Assembly: GCA_965202585.1 (NCBI GenBank)
Contig: OZ241829.1
Span: forward strand, 72,354,001-72,418,000
Source of the DNA: Thalia democratica
Lineage: Eukaryota
DNA: 64,000 nt
Direction of reading: 5' to 3'
This document shows positions 24,569-64,000 of the stretch, one piece after another; within the stretch, counting starts at the first letter, position 1, and every line of letters starts with the position of its first letter. A program made the position numbers and the translations under genes. The notes below the pieces were generated by a model, which had not been told where the DNA came from, did not search any database, and was given only the letters and a program-made list of their open reading frames with translations.

Positions 24569-27500
24569 TTGTTGTGAAAGTAAAAACAGCTAATTTTACT
24601 TATAATATATATTTACAAAAGTTTTTGTGTTAAACTGTTTGAAGATTTGTGTAAATTAAGTGTTTTTTCAGTTAGTTTGTTATACGTTTATTTCATAGTT
24701 ATTTTTCTTTATCGTTATGTTTTTAATAAACTAATTTAAATAGTTTCTCGTACTTATTTATGATTATAAGTGATATCTTTGAAAGTTTAAACGTTAAAAA
24801 AACTAAATAACGCCTGATATGTTTTAAACATTAGAATTAGTTGTTATCTACTCTTCCTAAGTGTTGTTCGTGATTAAGATTGGTATTAAGTTGTTTAATA
24901 TAACAATACTAGAGGTATTATAGTCTAGCATTCTTATCAAATGACCAAAAGCCACGACTAGCTTTTATTTTTCTAATACTAAAAGTCAATTAAAAAAAAA
25001 ACTACTTTCAGACGATTGTGTTACAAACTGATTAAGTAAATTACCTTTAAGTGTTTAACTTATTTGAGATTGATTTATGATTCTTAGTTAGATCTCAACA
25101 TCAGTCTTTCGCGACTATGCTTGCCTGGTGAGTCCTAAAAAGAAAGCAAACGACGTAAGTTTTCTCCGATACTGCTGTGTGGTGAACTTTACACTAAAAG
25201 GCTGACAAACTAAATTTTAAAACATATGCAATTTTTTCCGAATAGATTTACTTTAAACTCAAATTCTGACGTCTTTTAGTCAGATTTATAAATTTTATAG
25301 CTAAAAAGTATCACAGTATTAGCATAGCTTCAGCCTTATGAAGACTACTTTGTTTCATTTTTTTGACAAAAACTGTTCAATTCAAAAACTTTGACATCAA
25401 AAATTGTTTAATTATTATCACAACATCTAACATATTTCCAATTCTAGTAACTCAATATATATTCTATAGTAAATTTTGATAGCTGTTTAATAAAACCAGT
25501 TAAAATATTTTAGTTTAACTTAGATATAGCATCTAAGTTAAACCAAGTTTTGCACAATTTAAATTATTTCAACTACATTTTCTTAATAAAAGATACAACG
25601 AGAGTTTTTAAAAGATTAAAAAGGGAAACAATTTAAATAAATATATCAAGGTCTAAATGTTTAGTCTTTATCATAAAAATATTGATCTATTATCTTTGAA
25701 ATAATTTTTTTTTTAGATTATAGTAAGTTTCATTTAAGTTCAGAATTATCTAAAAAAAATTGTAAAAAGTAACTGTTTTATTACAAAATTGTATGTAAAT
25801 ATTTAGTATTACAGATTTATATAAAATCTAGCATAAACTACTTCAGATATATTTGTACTGTTTCCTTCAAATACTTAGCTAAAGTATTGATATTGTTTCT
25901 AACATTACTAGAAAGTACACATTTAAAAAATAAAAATTAAATAGTTTTCTCATTTAAACTTCATAAACTTTTAAGAGTTTAATTTTGTTTGTTTTTTTAG
26001 AAAGTTTAGCTTTCTCAAAAGTATAAAACTGACGATAAAAAAAGCAAATATAAAAACATAAAGATAATTATCTAAAAAATTTGCGATGTCCACTCAATAA
26101 CGTGGTCGTGTTTCACAGTCGAGTTTACATAATAATATAATAAACATATTAACTTGAACAATAAAATAAACAAATTAAAATCAGAAAAACTTATTTGATG
26201 ACGTTGTAAGATTTTTAATTTCAAAAACATTATTTTAAAAACAATAGTTTTGTTATTTATAAACTTTAAAATATTTTACTTTACTGCCTCATTTAGACTA
26301 AACGCTAAGAAATTAAATTGTTTTTGATCCTCATTCTTATACACCCCTAACTTTTTTGTAAACTTTTTAAGTGTAGAAGTAAATTAGTAGTTAACATTAG
26401 ATTTTAAATAAATTAAAAAACAATTTAATTTCTCAGCGTAAAGTCGTTTTATAACAGTAAAAAAAATAAAGTTTACATATTTATCATGCATTTTTTAGTA
26501 AGTACAAACAAAACTGTTAAGATCTTGTATGTTTAACGATTGTTAGCATTTGATAAAGCGAATTTAAAATAAATAAAGTTTAAAAGTACTCTTATGAAGA
26601 TAAAACTTTTATTTTACTGCATTTTAATTCGAGATAACTATTATAACATATGAAAGCTGATTGGCACAAGAACATAAAATTGTTTGATTATAGATATATG
26701 ATATTAAACTTTTTGACAATACTTATTGTTAATGATTTTATTATATTACTTTTAAAGTGAAAAATCCAATAACGTAAACGTTGTTAATATTTTATTTAGT
26801 AGAACACTTTAAACGAAATTTGTATTCTAAAGTCAATATATGCCAAAAATAAAAGATTTCTACTGACATATTTTTAAACCTATCTTTATCACATAAAAGC
26901 CTTTATACAAGTTATTCTATTAATTCTTGCTGCTTTGAAACTTTTTACTGTTGTCTATTGCTCCTTAAGACTAGGCAGTTGACATTCTAATTTTAAAAAT
27001 CTATAGAATTTACACCCCAGATCTACTCACAATCAGCTTCTGACCTCTTTAAGTCAATGTTATAGGCATTTTAGCTACGGAATTTTAAAACAACAAAATA
27101 AGTTCAAGCTTATTAAAGTTTACTTTGTTTTTAATTTTTAACAAAATACTTATAATTATTTAAATTAATTCAAAAAATATAGCATATTTTCAACTATAGT
27201 AAAAAAAAGTAAAAACGTAATGTAAATTCTTTTAATAAGTTTTCATTTATTGATGTGACAAAAAAAAAAACAAAAATAAAAGGAAAAAAGATATATAAAG
27301 TATTATATAAAAGTTAATTCAAACATTGATAAATGTCTTGGTACTAGTTGTGTAGTCTCTACCGTAAAACCATTATTCTGTTATTGCTTTTTATAACTTA
27401 AGTTTTTGTTTTGTTTGTTAGATATTATTATTTAACTTGACAAATATATAAAATGTATTTTTTTTAATAAAACTATATTTATATAAGTAACACTACAATT

Positions 27501-27754
27501 TCTTATAATCTTTATAATAACTCCTATAATTTTCTCTATACAGTTTTTTACTTCTAAGTTAAAATGTAAATTTCGGATTCTAACAACATTAAAAACATGT
27601 ATTTAACAAAAAAAAACAATTATCTAATTAAAACTTCATAAGTTTTTAAAAGTGTTTCTATTCATAAAGTTTATCTTCTTTAAAAGTCAAAACGTAACAA
27701 CAATAAAATGAGCAAATAATAAAAACAAAAAAAAAAAACAAGTATCTAAAGAAT

Positions 27755-63605
<35,851 letters not shown>

Positions 63606-64000
63606 CTGTAAAATTGTTTTTTTTACAATACTTCTAATAATTTAATATAAGTTATATAAAAAAAGTGTTAATAAATAAAGCTCAAAAAAGTAAAGTTTTA
63701 TATACAAAATAATTGAAATATTTAACTTTTAATGGTTATGGTAACTTTACTTATTTTTTGTTATATAAATACATTTCCTATAAAGTTTAAACTTTTTAAA
63801 ATTAGTCAAACAAAGTAGCTTAAAATACTTTAATAACTATAGTATAGTTAATATATAAAGTATACTTTGGTTTGTTTTGATAAAATAAAAAGTACTAAGT
63901 ATTAAAAAGTTAACTTAAATTTTTTATAACAAACTACAAAACGTAACGACATAAATAAATATATTAATAATAATATAACATTGTTATATAACCTAAAATT

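Noticed and set aside
63606-64000. Start codon exon of the GH31 gene
   Set aside because: No convincing ATG plus phase-0 donor found in the remaining 395 nt; the start probably lies outside the window.

Overview
Very AT-rich, intron-dense eukaryotic (invertebrate metazoan-like) genomic DNA. There are no prokaryotic features, rRNA/tRNA genes or CRISPR arrays. I reconstructed three protein-coding loci by hand. (A) + strand, 692-15283: the 3' part (19 exons, 809 aa in window) of an agrin-like extracellular matrix gene with SEA-LamG-EGF-EGF-LamG-EGF-LamG architecture. (B) + strand, 22688-24568: an unrecognised signal-anchored protein with a 76-aa tandem repeat and a helical C-terminus, broken by two compensating frame changes. 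(C) - strand, 63605-27755: a 60-exon, >=2749-aa type II membrane maltase-glucoamylase/sucrase-isomaltase-like enzyme with THREE in-frame trefoil+GH31 modules, ordered Ct-type, Ct-type, Nt-type (the reverse of the vertebrate Nt-Ct order). All three keep their catalytic Asp residues. The most unusual non-coding signal is about 18 sites where an exon end plus its splice site is echoed, as one to four decaying direct copies, in nearby non-coding DNA (mostly the adjacent intron). The echoes differ from the exon mainly at third codon positions. Homologous introns have also slid by single nucleotides between modules, and about half of all 5' splice sites have T at +3. Several MITE-like elements, a ~600 bp foldback and recent tandem duplications are present. 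All exon models and counts are manual and need RNA confirmation.
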